Shown here: in pieces, positions 1-10,118 of the stretch
Layout of the letters: each line of letters starts with the position of its first letter
How positions within the stretch are numbered: the first letter of the stretch is position 1
Source: Dehalococcoidia bacterium
GTDB lineage: Bacteria; Chloroflexota; Dehalococcoidia; Lucifugimonadales; UBA3495
DNA length: 64,000 nucleotides
Direction: 5' to 3'
NCBI GenBank assembly: GCA_965261885.1
Contig: CBDHDY010000005.1
Span: 7,350 to 71,349 of the forward strand
Made by a program: the position numbers and the translations under genes
The notes under the pieces: model-generated
Database searches by the model: none
The model's input: only the letters and a program-made list of their open reading frames with translations
What the model was told of the DNA's origin: nothing

Positions 1-1236
1 CGGCACACCGATGAGCGCGATTAGTGCCAGGGCCAGCGTTATCGCCAGCACCGGGGAGCGAGCGAACAGGCCCGCGTAGTCGCTGATCCGGTCGCTGCCC
101 ACTCTCTCGCCGATGGCGGCTATGGCAAAAAACGCAGTGAGGTTGGTGGCCGTGTATGCGACAAGGTAGAACAGCACGCTGTTGAGGCCAATGGAGGCAA
201 AGACCGGCGCGTCTGGGAGGCCACCGGCCGTATTCACCCCGGCGGCAACTCCTACCAGCAGGTAGCCGGCATGGGCGATGGTGCTGTATCCAAACAGGCG
301 GCGGATGTTGCTCTGGGCAATGGCCACGGCATTGCCGATGCTCATGGATGCGGCGGCAAGGACCGCTATCAGCACCGCCCAGTCCAGTGACACATCAAAG
401 AAACCGGTGAACAGCACCCTGAACAGCACGGCGAATCCCGCCGCCTTGCTGGCCACCGACAGGAAGGCCACCACCGGCGTGGGAGCTCCTTCGTAAACGT
501 CGGGCACCCACATCTGGAAGGGCGCGGCGGAAATCTTGAATCCGAACCCGGCCACCAGCAGGACAACTCCCACCAGAAGGGCGTAATTGCCGAAGGCGAC
601 GTCGCCTCCCGCCCCGCTCACGGCAGCAGAGATTTCGGAAAGTTCGGTGCTTCCGGTGAACCCGAAAACCAGCGCCATCCCATACAGGAGCAGGGCCGAA
701 CTTATGGCGCCGATGATGAGGAACTTCATTCCTGCTTCGCTGGAGCGTCCGCTCATCAGAAACGCCGCAAGGGCAGCGATCGGCAGGCTGGTCAACTCAA
801 GGGCGACGTAAATGGTTATCAGTTCGGTGGCTGCGGCCAGCAGCATCATGCCCGTGGCAGAAAAGAGCAAAAGCCCGAAGTATTCCCCACGGAACCGGGG
901 CATCAGCTTAACGTACTCGGTGGAAGCCAGCACCACCAGCGCCGCCGCTCCGGTCACCAGGAAGTTGAAGAAAAGCGCAAACCGGTCGACCGAAATGCTG
1001 CCTATAAGGATGCTGGCCTCACCGCCGGACCCATCATGCACCAGGTTGGAGGCCTGCCCCAGGTCATAGAACTGGTACAGGCTAAGAACGAAAGGACCGG
1101 CAAGAAGGAGGAAGGCCAGGTACGGCAGCATTCCTCCCGCCCGCCTTGGCAGCACGAGGTCCAGAACAATGACGAGGACTGCCGCGCCCGCCATCGCCAG
1201 GTACGGTGAGATTGCATATACGTCGTGGGCATTCAT
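1..1236 (-). CDS. nuoN: NADH-quinone oxidoreductase subunit N (3' end runs off the window)
   Basis: Absent from the ORF track because it has no stop inside the window. Manual translation from the ATG at 1236-1234 gives MNAHDVYAISPYLAMAGAAVLVIVLDLV...EYFGLLLFSATGMMLLAAATELITIYVALELTSLP...FKISAAPFQMWVPDVYEGAPTPV, which are ND2/NuoN motifs. It lies 6 nt after the nuoM stop. Confidence 0.9.
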   Translation of the reverse strand, partial: MNAHDVYAISPYLAMAGAAVLVIVLDLVLPRRAGGMLPYLAFLLLAGPFVLSLYQFYDLGQASNLVHDGSGGEASILIGSISVDRFALFFNFLVTGAAALVVLASTEYVKLMPRFRGEYFGLLLFSATGMMLLAAATELITIYVALELTSLPIAALAAFLMSGRSSEAGMKFLIIGAISSALLLYGMALVFGFTGSTELSEISAAVSGAGGDVAFGNYALLVGVVLLVAGFGFKISAAPFQMWVPDVYEGAPTPVVAFLSVASKAAGFAVLFRVLFTGFFDVSLDWAVLIAVLAAASMSIGNAVAIAQSNIRRLFGYSTIAHAGYLLVGVAAGVNTAGGLPDAPVFASIGLNSVLFYLVAYTATNLTAFFAIAAIGERVGSDRISDYAGLFARSPVLAITLALALIALIGVP

Positions 1237-1242
1237 TGCCGG

Positions 1243-2763
1243 TCAGCCGCCGTTGATGGCCCGGACCATTGGTTCCAGGGCCGTATCGAACATATCGGTC
1301 AACAAGGAAGGGTATATCCCCACGCCAATGATGCAGACAACCATCAGCGCCAGGGGAGCGGCCTCCACCAGCGAGGCGTCGGTGAGGTCAGCGAAGCGCT
1401 CCCGGGGAGGCCCAAAGAAAGTGCGTTCCATCATCCACAGGATGTATCCGGCCGCCAGCACGATGCCCAGAACGGCGAGCACCGTCGGCCAGTCATACGC
1501 CCGATAGGCCCCAAGGAACACCAGGAGTTCCGACACGAAGCCACTGAGCCCGGGCAGCCCCAGCGATGCCAGTCCCGCAATCAGCATTGCCGCGGCCACG
1601 AACGGCATCCGGCCAGCCAGCCCGCCCAGGTCGGGTATGTAGCGGGTGTGCGCCTTCTCGTAGACCAGCCCTACCGCCAGGAACAGCAGGCCAGTGATCG
1701 TGCCGTGGGTGAACAACTGCATCGCGGCGCCGCTCAACCCGGTGGCCGTGAGTGTACCTCCGGCGACACCCACCGACCCTATACCCAGCAGCACCAGCCC
1801 CATGTGGCTGACGCTGGAGTAGGCGATCAACCGCTTCAGGTCCGTTTGGCGCATGGTGACCACGGCGCCATACAGAATACTTATGACACCAAGCGCCACC
1901 AGCACCCACGCAAATTCCCAAGTCTGGCCCGGGAACAGCCCCACATTCACCCGCAACAGGCCGTAGCCCCCCATTTTCAGCAGCACCCCGGCCAGCATCA
2001 CGCTGGCGGCGGTGGGAGCGTCGGTGTGGGCGTCAGGCAGCCAGGTGTGCAGCGGCCAGGTGGGCAACTTGACGGCAAAGGCAACGAAGAACAGCCAGAA
2101 CAGCCACGACAGCGGCAGCAGGGTGGCCGCAGACCCCAGCAGGCCTCCCGTTGCTGACAGCTCGATAATATTGAAGGTGCCGACTTCGGGCGTGAGAAAC
2201 ACCGCGACGATGGCAACCAGCATGAACGCGCTGCCGAGGATGGTAAAGATCAGGAATTTCATGGCCGAGTACTCTTTGCGCCCGGTCCCCCAGATGGAAA
2301 TGAGCATGTACATCGGCACCAGCTCCAGCTCCCAGAACAGGAAGAAGAGCAGCAGGTCCAGGGCGGTGAACACGCCCATCACCGCCGCCTGTAATATCAA
2401 CAGCCAGAAGAAATATTCCTTGACCCGCGTCCCAACGTGCCACGAAGCCAGCACAGCGGACAGGCCAAGCAGTCCGGTCAGCGCCACCAGCGGAGCGGAG
2501 AGCCCGTCGACCGCCAGCAGGTATGAGGCCTTCAGCCCAACGTCGGGTATCCAGGAGAATTGGTCAACGAACTGAAAGCGCGCGGCATCTTCGCCCCGCT
2601 GGAAAAGCGCAAAGACCAATAGCGCAAGCACCAGGTCTGCCAAGACAATGGCAACCGCCGCGCCGCGAATGACCTTGTCGCCCCGCAACAGCAAGAGCAG
2701 CACCGCCCCGACGGCGGGGAGGAACACTGTCGCGGTCAGCAGTCCGTTGAACTCAGGTGCCAT
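1243..2763 (-). CDS. nuoM: NADH-quinone oxidoreductase subunit M
   Basis: 506-aa polytopic protein. Motifs WLPDAHTDAPTAASVMLAGVLLKMGGYG and LIAYSSVSHMG are typical of NuoM/ND4. Its position between nuoL and nuoN fits. Confidence 0.93.
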   Translation of the reverse strand: MAPEFNGLLTATVFLPAVGAVLLLLLRGDKVIRGAAVAIVLADLVLALLVFALFQRGEDAARFQFVDQFSWIPDVGLKASYLLAVDGLSAPLVALTGLLGLSAVLASWHVGTRVKEYFFWLLILQAAVMGVFTALDLLLFFLFWELELVPMYMLISIWGTGRKEYSAMKFLIFTILGSAFMLVAIVAVFLTPEVGTFNIIELSATGGLLGSAATLLPLSWLFWLFFVAFAVKLPTWPLHTWLPDAHTDAPTAASVMLAGVLLKMGGYGLLRVNVGLFPGQTWEFAWVLVALGVISILYGAVVTMRQTDLKRLIAYSSVSHMGLVLLGIGSVGVAGGTLTATGLSGAAMQLFTHGTITGLLFLAVGLVYEKAHTRYIPDLGGLAGRMPFVAAAMLIAGLASLGLPGLSGFVSELLVFLGAYRAYDWPTVLAVLGIVLAAGYILWMMERTFFGPPRERFADLTDASLVEAAPLALMVVCIIGVGIYPSLLTDMFDTALEPMVRAINGG

Positions 2764-2788
2764 TAAAAGTCGTTACCCTTAAACCCGA

Positions 2789-4873
2789 TCACGATGCCAA
2801 CAGGAAACCAAGAATGATTAGCATAGAGCCCAGGGCGATGGCCGTTCCGTAGGCCTGCACCTGCCCCGTCTGGAGACGGGCAACAGCGGAGCCGATGTTC
2901 CGGAAGAACCAGCCCACAAAGTCGACGGTTCCATCCACCACCCGGCGGTCCAGCCAATTGGCGAATGCGGCGAACACCCGGTAAAAGCTTCGCCGGACTA
3001 TCAGATTTTCATAGAGAGCGTCCACGTAATACTTCTGCGAAAGCAGTGTGTGGACCGGCCCCAGAATTCGCAAAGGGTCACGCGTCTGGTCTCGACGCAG
3101 CCCGTACACCGCCAGGCCCGCCAGCGCACCGCCTACAGCGGCGGCGGTGGAGATCCCCGCCATGGGCCAGCTGAAGTCTGGCAGTTCCGCGTGCCCCTCA
3201 CCCCCGGTGGCAGCCAGCAACCCGTCGGCCACGAATCCCGTTACCCAGTGCACCGGAATACCCAGGAAGTTGATCCACTGAGGGTTGATGATGTAACCAA
3301 TCACAACTGCGCCCAACCCCAGCACCGCCATCGGCGCCACCATCACCAACGGCGATTCGGCCAAGTGTACGCCACCGTGGTGGACACCTTCCTCCACCTG
3401 ATCGTCGTCATCTGGAGCATGAGTCGTTGCGTGTGGGGCTGCAGCCTGCGGGTGCAGGTCCGCATTCTCCTGATCCACGCCTCCCCTGAATTCGCCGTAG
3501 AAGGTCAACATCACCATACGGACCGTGTAAAACGCAGTGAAAACCACGCCAACGATCAGACCAACGAAGGTGACGATATTGATCCAGTCGACGAAATGGC
3601 TGTTGCCGTCGAAGGCCGCCAGCAGTATCTCGTCCTTGCTCCAGAACCCGGCCATGGGGACGATGCCGATCAGGCTCATAGAGGCAATCATTACGAGGAT
3701 GTAAGTGGCGGTCATATATTTTCGCAGCCCGCCCATGTATGACATGTCGAATGTGCCGCTGGCGTGGTTGACGCTGCCTGCGCCCAGGAACAGCAGCGCC
3801 TTGAAAACGGCATGGGTGACCAGGTGGAAGATCACCGGCGCGTAGGCCCCCAGTCCCAGTGCGGCCATCATGTAGCCCAGCTGGCTCACCGTGGAATAGG
3901 CCATGACCCGCTTGATGTCGTTCATGACGAGGCCCAAGGTCGCGGCCATCACAGCCGTGAACACGCCGATGAGCGCCACCACCGCCATGGCCGAATCAGA
4001 CTGCTGAAAGACCGGGAAGAACCTGGCCACCAGGAACACCCCTGCGGCCACCATTGTCGCAGCGTGGATCAGCGCGCTTACGGGCGTCGGGCCCTCCATG
4101 GCATCGGGCAGCCAGGCATGCAGCGGGAACTGTCCCGACTTACCCACCGCTCCGGCAAAAATGCCGAGCGCCATCCAGGTAAGCGCCGCGCCGCCCAGCA
4201 CAGCGGCACCGGCGGCCACGGGCTGCGCCGCCTGCCAGATGTCGGGTATGTGGAATGCGTTGAGTCCAACGGCGGCGAAGTCATCTGCCTTGAAGAACAG
4301 GTACAGGATGGCAATAAGGAATCCCACATCGCCGATGCGGGTGATTATGAATGCCTTCTTGGCAGCCGCGGCGGCGGCGGACCTCTCATGCCAGAAACCG
4401 ATCAGGAGGTACGACGAAACGCCCACCAGTTCCCAGAACGCATACAGCTGCACGATGTTGCTGGACAGGACAAGCCCCAGCATCGAGGCCGTGAACAGGG
4501 ACATGAAGGCGAAATACCTGGCAAATCCAGGATCGTCCTGCATATACCCCACGGAGTAAATCTGGATCAGCAGGCTGATGGAGGTCACGACCACCAGCAT
4601 CACGGCAGTCAGCGGGTCAACCAGCAGGCCCATCTGTATCGTCGCCCCGCCGTAAGTCAGCCAGTCCCAGCTGTTGAACACCTCGGCCTGGTGCACTATG
4701 ACCCCGCGCAGGGTCACTATGGCAAGCACGGTGGAGGCGGTTAACGCGGCGATGGTGCTAAGGGCAGCCAGGAACGGCCAGCGATTGAGGAAAGGCCGTA
4801 TAACCAGGGCTATCAGGACAAAGGAGCCCAGGGGAAGCAGAAAAATTGCCCATACTAAGGCTTCGTTGACCAT
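2789..4873 (-). CDS. nuoL: NADH-quinone oxidoreductase subunit L
   Basis: 694 aa. Motifs SLLIQIYSVGYM, WLPDAMEGPTPVSALIHAATMVAAGV and MAYSTVSQLGYM are typical of NuoL/ND5, and it has the long C-terminal arm. Confidence 0.93.
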   Translation of the reverse strand: MVNEALVWAIFLLPLGSFVLIALVIRPFLNRWPFLAALSTIAALTASTVLAIVTLRGVIVHQAEVFNSWDWLTYGGATIQMGLLVDPLTAVMLVVVTSISLLIQIYSVGYMQDDPGFARYFAFMSLFTASMLGLVLSSNIVQLYAFWELVGVSSYLLIGFWHERSAAAAAAKKAFIITRIGDVGFLIAILYLFFKADDFAAVGLNAFHIPDIWQAAQPVAAGAAVLGGAALTWMALGIFAGAVGKSGQFPLHAWLPDAMEGPTPVSALIHAATMVAAGVFLVARFFPVFQQSDSAMAVVALIGVFTAVMAATLGLVMNDIKRVMAYSTVSQLGYMMAALGLGAYAPVIFHLVTHAVFKALLFLGAGSVNHASGTFDMSYMGGLRKYMTATYILVMIASMSLIGIVPMAGFWSKDEILLAAFDGNSHFVDWINIVTFVGLIVGVVFTAFYTVRMVMLTFYGEFRGGVDQENADLHPQAAAPHATTHAPDDDDQVEEGVHHGGVHLAESPLVMVAPMAVLGLGAVVIGYIINPQWINFLGIPVHWVTGFVADGLLAATGGEGHAELPDFSWPMAGISTAAAVGGALAGLAVYGLRRDQTRDPLRILGPVHTLLSQKYYVDALYENLIVRRSFYRVFAAFANWLDRRVVDGTVDFVGWFFRNIGSAVARLQTGQVQAYGTAIALGSMLIILGFLLAS

Positions 4874-5068
4874 CTACAGCTTCCTCAGGATCTCCTCGGC
4901 CACGTGTTCACGCCCCTTGGGAACGTAGATGTTGAAGGGCACCCGTTCGCTCCAGTCCAATATGTCGCCTTCCGGCAGAATACGGGTCGGCAGGCCCTCG
5001 CCCTCGAGGACCTCTTTCCACATCTCTGCCAGCATCAGGTTCGACGCTTTTCTGAACTCTACCCACAT
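4874..5068 (-). CDS. small DUF2007-like protein embedded in the nuo operon
   Basis: 64 aa, MWVEFRKASNLMLAEMWKEVLEGEGLPTRILPEG...VPKGREHVAEEILRKL. The pattern resembles the DUF2007 (putative signal-transducing) fold. Its stop abuts the nuoL start at 4873. It sits between nuoK and nuoL on the same strand. Confidence 0.45.
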   Translation of the reverse strand: MWVEFRKASNLMLAEMWKEVLEGEGLPTRILPEGDILDWSERVPFNIYVPKGREHVAEEILRKL

Positions 5069-5105
5069 ATTCCAGCCTGCTCAGGGCTGTCTGGTTCTAC
5101 AGTGC

Positions 5106-5435
5106 CTAGTGCCTCAATTGGGAGGCCTCGGTGAGGTCCACCGTTTCGTTGGTACGGTACATGGCGAAAACTATGCCCAGCCCCAGTGCGATCTCCGCCG
5201 CGGCCACCGTTATGACAAATACAGCGAACACCTGACCGGTCAGGGCCGAGGAGATGTTTTCCTGCAACCCGGTGGGGGCCAGGTATTTGGCCATTGCCAC
5301 CACGGTGACGTTTACTGCGTTGAACATCAGCTCGATGGACATCAGGACTGCCAGCACGTTTCGGCGGGCCAACGATCCGTAAAGTCCGATGCAGAACAGC
5401 ACCGCTGCGACGATGAGGAATGATTCGAAGGACAT
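5106..5435 (-). CDS. nuoK: NADH-quinone oxidoreductase subunit K
   Basis: 109 aa with 3 TM segments. LMSIELMFNAVNV and AAAEIALGLGI are typical of NuoK/ND4L. Confidence 0.9.
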   Translation of the reverse strand: MSFESFLIVAAVLFCIGLYGSLARRNVLAVLMSIELMFNAVNVTVVAMAKYLAPTGLQENISSALTGQVFAVFVITVAAAEIALGLGIVFAMYRTNETVDLTEASQLRH

Positions 5436-5441
5436 ACCCGG

Positions 5442-6068
5442 CTAGTCCGCGTCCGGCCCGGAAACACCGGGGTTGGATACGCCCGATGCAGCGTGGGGCC
5501 GCACCAGGGCCAACGCGCCAATCAGTGCCGCTAGCAGAAGCACCGACACCGCCTCGAATGGCAGTACGTACTTACCGATAAGCAGGTCGGCAAGGCCTGC
5601 TTCCTGAGCCGACACTTGTTCAGACGCATCGGTCACGCCCGCTCTCTCCAGCGTTTCGGTAGGGATCGTGGCGACAGCCGCCGTCTGTACCAGCTCAACA
5701 CTCTGCCGGTCCTCGTCGGTCAGGAAATTCCACTGCGTGTCCACTGCGACGACCACCAGGGCTGCCAGCAACAGCGCCGCCAGGACGGCGGCCGGTATCT
5801 GCAATCGATTAGGTTGATTGCCCTGCTGCACGTCCCGGGTGAGCATAACGGCAAAAATGATCAGCACTGCAATGGCCCCGGCATATATCAGCACTTGCAC
5901 CACTGCCAGAAATTCGGCGTTGAGCAAAACGAAAAACCCGCCGATGGCGACGAAAACTGCGACCAGCAGCAGGGCGGCGCGGAACAAGTCTCGGACAAGA
6001 ACCACGCCCAACGCACATCCCACGGCCACAACGGAAAGCAGCCAGAATACAACGTCCTGGAACAGCAT
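5442..6068 (-). CDS. nuoJ: NADH-quinone oxidoreductase subunit J
   Basis: 208 aa. The hydrophobic N-terminal half contains NAEFLAVVQVLIYAGAIAVLIIFAVML, an ND6/NuoJ signature. It has an extended C-terminus. Confidence 0.85.
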   Translation of the reverse strand: MLFQDVVFWLLSVVAVGCALGVVLVRDLFRAALLLVAVFVAIGGFFVLLNAEFLAVVQVLIYAGAIAVLIIFAVMLTRDVQQGNQPNRLQIPAAVLAALLLAALVVVAVDTQWNFLTDEDRQSVELVQTAAVATIPTETLERAGVTDASEQVSAQEAGLADLLIGKYVLPFEAVSVLLLAALIGALALVRPHAASGVSNPGVSGPDAD

Positions 6069-6665
6069 CTAGGCAGGGTCCTCGCTGTTCTCGTCTGCCG
6101 CCTCGGGAGTCGGTCGCGTGCCGATTCGCATCCCGGCTTTCTCCCTCTGATGCCACTGCCAAGACTCACGGCCCACCTGCCGCCAGTCCAGCGGCGTTCC
6201 GGCGCGAGGGTCATAGTCCTGCGCCTCCAGTTGGGGACGGAAGAAGGTACTGGGGTGCTTGTCGGCCTGCCTCAGTTCGTCGATGGTGATGACCATATCC
6301 TTACGCGAATACTTTCCCTGCTCAAAGCCGCTGCCCATGAACAGCGCGTCGTAAGGGCAGGCCTCGACGCAAAGGCCGCAGAACATGCAGCGGTTGATGG
6401 CAATATCGAACACCTCCAGCCGATACTTGTCGCCCTCGGCAGGCGCCGTTTCGCTGGGGCTGGTGACGATCTTGATGATTCCAAGCGGGCAGTACTTGGC
6501 GCAGGAGGCGCAACCTGTGCAGCGCTCCTCGTACCAAACGAACTCCTCGCCCCGGAAGCGCGGGTGCTGTTTGAGCCGTTCCTCGGGGTACTGGACGGTG
6601 AACGGCTTCTTGGTCAGGTTCTTGAGGGTGACCAGCAAGCTTTTGGCCATGGCCAGTCCGTACAT
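6069..6665 (-). CDS. nuoI: NADH-quinone oxidoreductase subunit I (2x[4Fe-4S] ferredoxin-type)
   Basis: Two CxxCxxCxxxCP motifs (CTGCASCAKYCP and CMFCGLCVEACP). It carries a C-terminal extension of about 50 aa. Confidence 0.9.
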   Translation of the reverse strand: MYGLAMAKSLLVTLKNLTKKPFTVQYPEERLKQHPRFRGEEFVWYEERCTGCASCAKYCPLGIIKIVTSPSETAPAEGDKYRLEVFDIAINRCMFCGLCVEACPYDALFMGSGFEQGKYSRKDMVITIDELRQADKHPSTFFRPQLEAQDYDPRAGTPLDWRQVGRESWQWHQREKAGMRIGTRPTPEAADENSEDPA

Positions 6666-6667
6666 CG

Positions 6668-7891
6668 CTAATCCCCCTCCACAATTGTCATTCCCCTGGG
6701 CAGGGACGGCGCACGGTTCGAGCCCACCGGTCGCACTTTCCCTCTCACCATGTTACCGAAGGCCACGACGCACACCGCCATGATTGCTATGTTGATACCG
6801 GTCATGATGCCCAAGTCTCCGCGTGTCAGGACACCATCGGCGTCCCTCAGGAAGAAGACCTCCAGTGTGGTGGCCATCAGGTTGATCAGGCTGGCCGGCA
6901 GCAGGAACTTCCATGCGAAAGCAAGGAGCTGATCAATTCGCAAGCGGGGGAAAGTGGCTCTCACCCAGATGAAAATCGTCGCCACTATGACCGTCTTGAT
7001 CAGGAACCAGAGCCAACCCAACCAGTGGGCCACCGGGCCCTCCCATCCGCTGAGGAACAGGGTGGTGATGACCCCCGACGCGGCCATCACGCCGCCGAAC
7101 TCGGCAGCCTGGATCATGGCAAACTTGATGCCGCTGTACTCCGTGTGGTACCCGGCGATCAGCTCCGACTCCGCCTCGGCCATGTCAAAGGGCGTCCGGT
7201 TCAGTTCGGCGGTTGTGCCGGCCACGAACACGAAGAAGGCCAGCGGCTGCACGATGATGAAGGGCAGCGTCTGGGCGTTAACCACGTCCGCCAGGGACAT
7301 GGAGCCGGACACCATTACCACCCCCAGCAGCGACACGACCACGGGCACCTCGTAGCTGATCAGCACCGCAACGCCACGGGCGGCGCCGAAAAGCGCAAAG
7401 CGGTTGTCGGACGACCAGCCAGCCATAAATATGGCAATGGACGTTACCGATGTGACCGCCAGGATATATAGCACGCCGACGTTCAGGTTGGCCAGGGCCG
7501 TGTCCTTGGCAAAGGGCACCACGGCCAGCATAAGCATCACCGGCGCAACCATGACAATGGGCACCGCCAGGAAGACCAACCGGTCGGCGGTGCCGGGAGT
7601 CAGGTCCTCTTTGAACAGGAGCTTGACCATGTCTGCTATTGGCTGAAATAGGCCGAAGGGGCCCCAGCGATTGGGCCCCAGGCGGTTCTGGAACTTGCCT
7701 ATCAACCGCCTCTCCATCCAGGAGAATGCCGCCGCCCCCAGCAGGACCGCGTTCGCCAGCACGAGGATAATGACGAATCCAGCCACGAAATATGACAGCC
7801 AGCAGGGCAGCACATGCCCTACGAGATTGTAAATCTCGCGGAACATCGGTGTGTGATAGAGAACATTGTCCGGGCCCAGAACGCAGTTCAC
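6668..7891 (-). CDS. nuoH: NADH-quinone oxidoreductase subunit H
   Basis: Motifs MERRLIGKFQNRLGPNRWGPFGLFQPIADMVKLLFKED and TPFDMAEAESELIAGYHTEYSG are typical of ND1/NuoH. The GTG start overlaps the nuoD stop (GTGA). An alternative start lies at 7846. Confidence 0.9.
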   Translation of the reverse strand: MNCVLGPDNVLYHTPMFREIYNLVGHVLPCWLSYFVAGFVIILVLANAVLLGAAAFSWMERRLIGKFQNRLGPNRWGPFGLFQPIADMVKLLFKEDLTPGTADRLVFLAVPIVMVAPVMLMLAVVPFAKDTALANLNVGVLYILAVTSVTSIAIFMAGWSSDNRFALFGAARGVAVLISYEVPVVVSLLGVVMVSGSMSLADVVNAQTLPFIIVQPLAFFVFVAGTTAELNRTPFDMAEAESELIAGYHTEYSGIKFAMIQAAEFGGVMAASGVITTLFLSGWEGPVAHWLGWLWFLIKTVIVATIFIWVRATFPRLRIDQLLAFAWKFLLPASLINLMATTLEVFFLRDADGVLTRGDLGIMTGINIAIMAVCVVAFGNMVRGKVRPVGSNRAPSLPRGMTIVEGD

Positions 7892-8994
7892 CGGTCCACT
7901 TCACCCATGTTTATGTCCACGCTTCCCAGCGTAACGATCATGTCGGCCAGCTTCCACCCCACTAGCAGGTGCTCGGTGGCCGTGAGGTTGAGCAGGGACG
8001 GGGATCGTATCTTGCAGCGATAGGGGCTGATGCCGCCATCGCTCACCAAGTAGAAGGCAAGTTCCCCCTTGGAGGCCTCCACCCTGCCATAGGCCTCGGC
8101 GCCCGGCTTGGGGCGCACTACCAGCGGCACCCCGGCCTTTACCGGCCCCGGTTCAATCTGGTCTATGCACTGCCGGATAATCCGGACACTCTGCCCGATC
8201 TCCTGCATCCGCACCCAGAAGCGGTCATAGTTGTCGCCATTGCTGGCGGTGGGTACGTCAAACTCCACCAGATCGTAAGCATCGTAGGGCTCGATCTTAC
8301 GCCAGTCCCATTGCAACCCGCTTGCCCTGAGAACCGGACCGCTGACAGAGCAGTTGATGGCCACATCCAGGGGCAGGGGACTGACGCCTCGTGTGCGCAC
8401 CATGATGATCTCGTTTTCCAGCAGGAGTTGCTCCAGTTCCCCGAATTCCCCCTCGAAATCCCTGAGAAACTGTTCCAGGGCCGGCCAGAACTCGGGGGGC
8501 GTGTCAAAGTAAACGCCGCCGGGCCGCATGTAACTCACCGTGATCCGGGCGCCGCACAGCATCTCGAAAAGGTCGAGGATGCGCTCCCTGGACCGGAAGC
8601 AGTACATGAGGGGTGTGCCCAGGGCTCCCAGGTCCTGGATGATGAACCCGACTCCCATCAGATGCGACGCGATGCGCTGAAGTTCGGCGGCCAATGTGCG
8701 CAGGTACCTGCCCCGCAACGGCACCTCGGCCCCCAGCAGCTTCTCCACGGCCAGGCAGTACGCCTGGTTGTTGATCATGGACGACACGTAGTCCAGGCGG
8801 TCGGTCAGCGTCACCACCTGGGTGTAGTTACGCTCCTCGGCCAGCTTCTCCGTGCCCCGGTGCAGGTAGCCGAACACTGGCTCCACCTGCAGGATTTCCT
8901 CGCCGTCGAAGGTGACGCGCAGCCGGAACACCCCGTGGGTACTGGGGTGCTGCGGCCCGATGTTGACGGTCATCGGCTCGGTGCGGATGGTCAT
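7888..8994 (-). CDS. nuoD: NADH-quinone oxidoreductase subunit D
   Basis: NIGPQHPSTHGVFRL, LHRGTEKL and the C-terminal DINMGEVDR are canonical 49-kDa subunit motifs. Confidence 0.93.
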   Translation of the reverse strand: MTIRTEPMTVNIGPQHPSTHGVFRLRVTFDGEEILQVEPVFGYLHRGTEKLAEERNYTQVVTLTDRLDYVSSMINNQAYCLAVEKLLGAEVPLRGRYLRTLAAELQRIASHLMGVGFIIQDLGALGTPLMYCFRSRERILDLFEMLCGARITVSYMRPGGVYFDTPPEFWPALEQFLRDFEGEFGELEQLLLENEIIMVRTRGVSPLPLDVAINCSVSGPVLRASGLQWDWRKIEPYDAYDLVEFDVPTASNGDNYDRFWVRMQEIGQSVRIIRQCIDQIEPGPVKAGVPLVVRPKPGAEAYGRVEASKGELAFYLVSDGGISPYRCKIRSPSLLNLTATEHLLVGWKLADMIVTLGSVDINMGEVDR

Positions 8995-9440
8995 TCCAGG
9001 TAGTCCCTGCGGAGAGGATGACCCTGGAATCCTTCCCAGAGCATTATCCGCTTCATATTGGGATGGCCATCGAAGCGTATGCCCATAAGATCCCAGATCT
9101 CCCTTTCCTGGAAATCAGCGCCGCGCCAGAGATGATACACGGATGGCGCCGAAAGGTCCTCGCGGCCAGACAGCCGCGATTTGACTGTTGCCTTGAGTCC
9201 CTTGCGAAACGATGTCAGGTGGTAAATCAACTCGAAATGACCGATGTAGTCAACGGCGGTAATCGAATTCAGGTATTGCATGTCGAAGTCGCCATCGGCC
9301 TGCAGAAAGCCAGCCACGTCGGAGATAAAAGCCGGTCTCACCCACAGAGTATCGTCGGTCCACTCGTCCACGGCGCCAGGAACCACTCCATCCACCCTCT
9401 GCGCTAGGTCGGCGCCGCTCAGTTGGGTCAGAGCCATCAC
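8991..9440 (-). CDS. nuoC: NADH-quinone oxidoreductase subunit C
   Basis: 149 aa. [23 protein letters not shown] is typical of the 30-kDa subunit. ATGA overlaps occur at both ends. Confidence 0.88.
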   Translation of the reverse strand: MMALTQLSGADLAQRVDGVVPGAVDEWTDDTLWVRPAFISDVAGFLQADGDFDMQYLNSITAVDYIGHFELIYHLTSFRKGLKATVKSRLSGREDLSAPSVYHLWRGADFQEREIWDLMGIRFDGHPNMKRIMLWEGFQGHPLRRDYLE

Positions 9441-10108
9441 TGCTCTCCAGCAGCGTCACCCGACGCGTCGCCGTCCGTTTCAGCGGAGATGGCGGAGCGA
9501 ACCGAGGAGGGGGCAAAGTTATGGTAGCGCTTGATCTTTTCGTGGAGCGCCATTATCCCGTAGAGAAGCGCGTCTGGCCTCGGCGGGCAGCCGGGCACAT
9601 AGACGTCCACGGGTATGATGTGGTCGACCCCTGGAACAACGCTGTATGAACCGAAGTAAGGCCCGCCGCTGGTGGCACAGACACCCATGGAAATGACCCA
9701 CTTGGGTTCGGCCATCTGCTCATAGATGCGGCGAATCGGCGGCGCCATCTTCCATGTCACCGTGCCCGCGATGATCAGCAGGTCGGCCTGTCGGGGGGAG
9801 GCGCGGAATGCCTCCATGCCGAAGCGGGCGATGTCGAACCGGCCCATGCTGCTGGCGATCATCTCGAAGGCGCAGCAGGCAAGTCCGAAGGTCACCGGCC
9901 AGGCAGAAGATTTGCGCCCCCAGTTGACCAGCGCGTCGATGGAGGTGACCATCAGGTTGCTTTTGAGGTCGTCAGGCACCTCGATTAGTGGCTCGGCCAG
10001 AGGCTCCGGCGAATTGTCTTTCATTTCCTGGACAGTCCGGCCCTCATTGCGGTCCAGATCCCAGGTACGGGACTGAAGGGACTCTCCCGGCTGCCACGGT
10101 TGTATCAT
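9437..10108 (-). CDS. nuoB: NADH-quinone oxidoreductase subunit B
   Basis: Motifs [20 protein letters not shown] and [10 protein letters not shown] are the N2-cluster ligands. The track ORF extends to 10183 but would overlap nuoA by 65 nt. I prefer the ATG at 10108, which is 10 nt after the nuoA stop. Confidence 0.88.
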   Translation of the reverse strand: MIQPWQPGESLQSRTWDLDRNEGRTVQEMKDNSPEPLAEPLIEVPDDLKSNLMVTSIDALVNWGRKSSAWPVTFGLACCAFEMIASSMGRFDIARFGMEAFRASPRQADLLIIAGTVTWKMAPPIRRIYEQMAEPKWVISMGVCATSGGPYFGSYSVVPGVDHIIPVDVYVPGCPPRPDALLYGIMALHEKIKRYHNFAPSSVRSAISAETDGDASGDAAGEQ

Positions 10109-10118
10109 CAGCTGCCGC

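Noticed and set aside
1225-2157. Long ORFs antisense to, or out of frame with, clearly identified genes. Examples: 1225-2157, 3764-4744, 5616-6671, 7969-9003, 33224-34060, 41931-42923, 46904-47800, 47834-48772, 52185-52958, 56643-57500 and 59725-60672.
   Set aside because: Their translations are Arg/Pro/Gly/His-rich and low-complexity, which is typical of shadow ORFs in high-GC DNA. Each overlaps a gene with strong family motifs on the other strand or frame.
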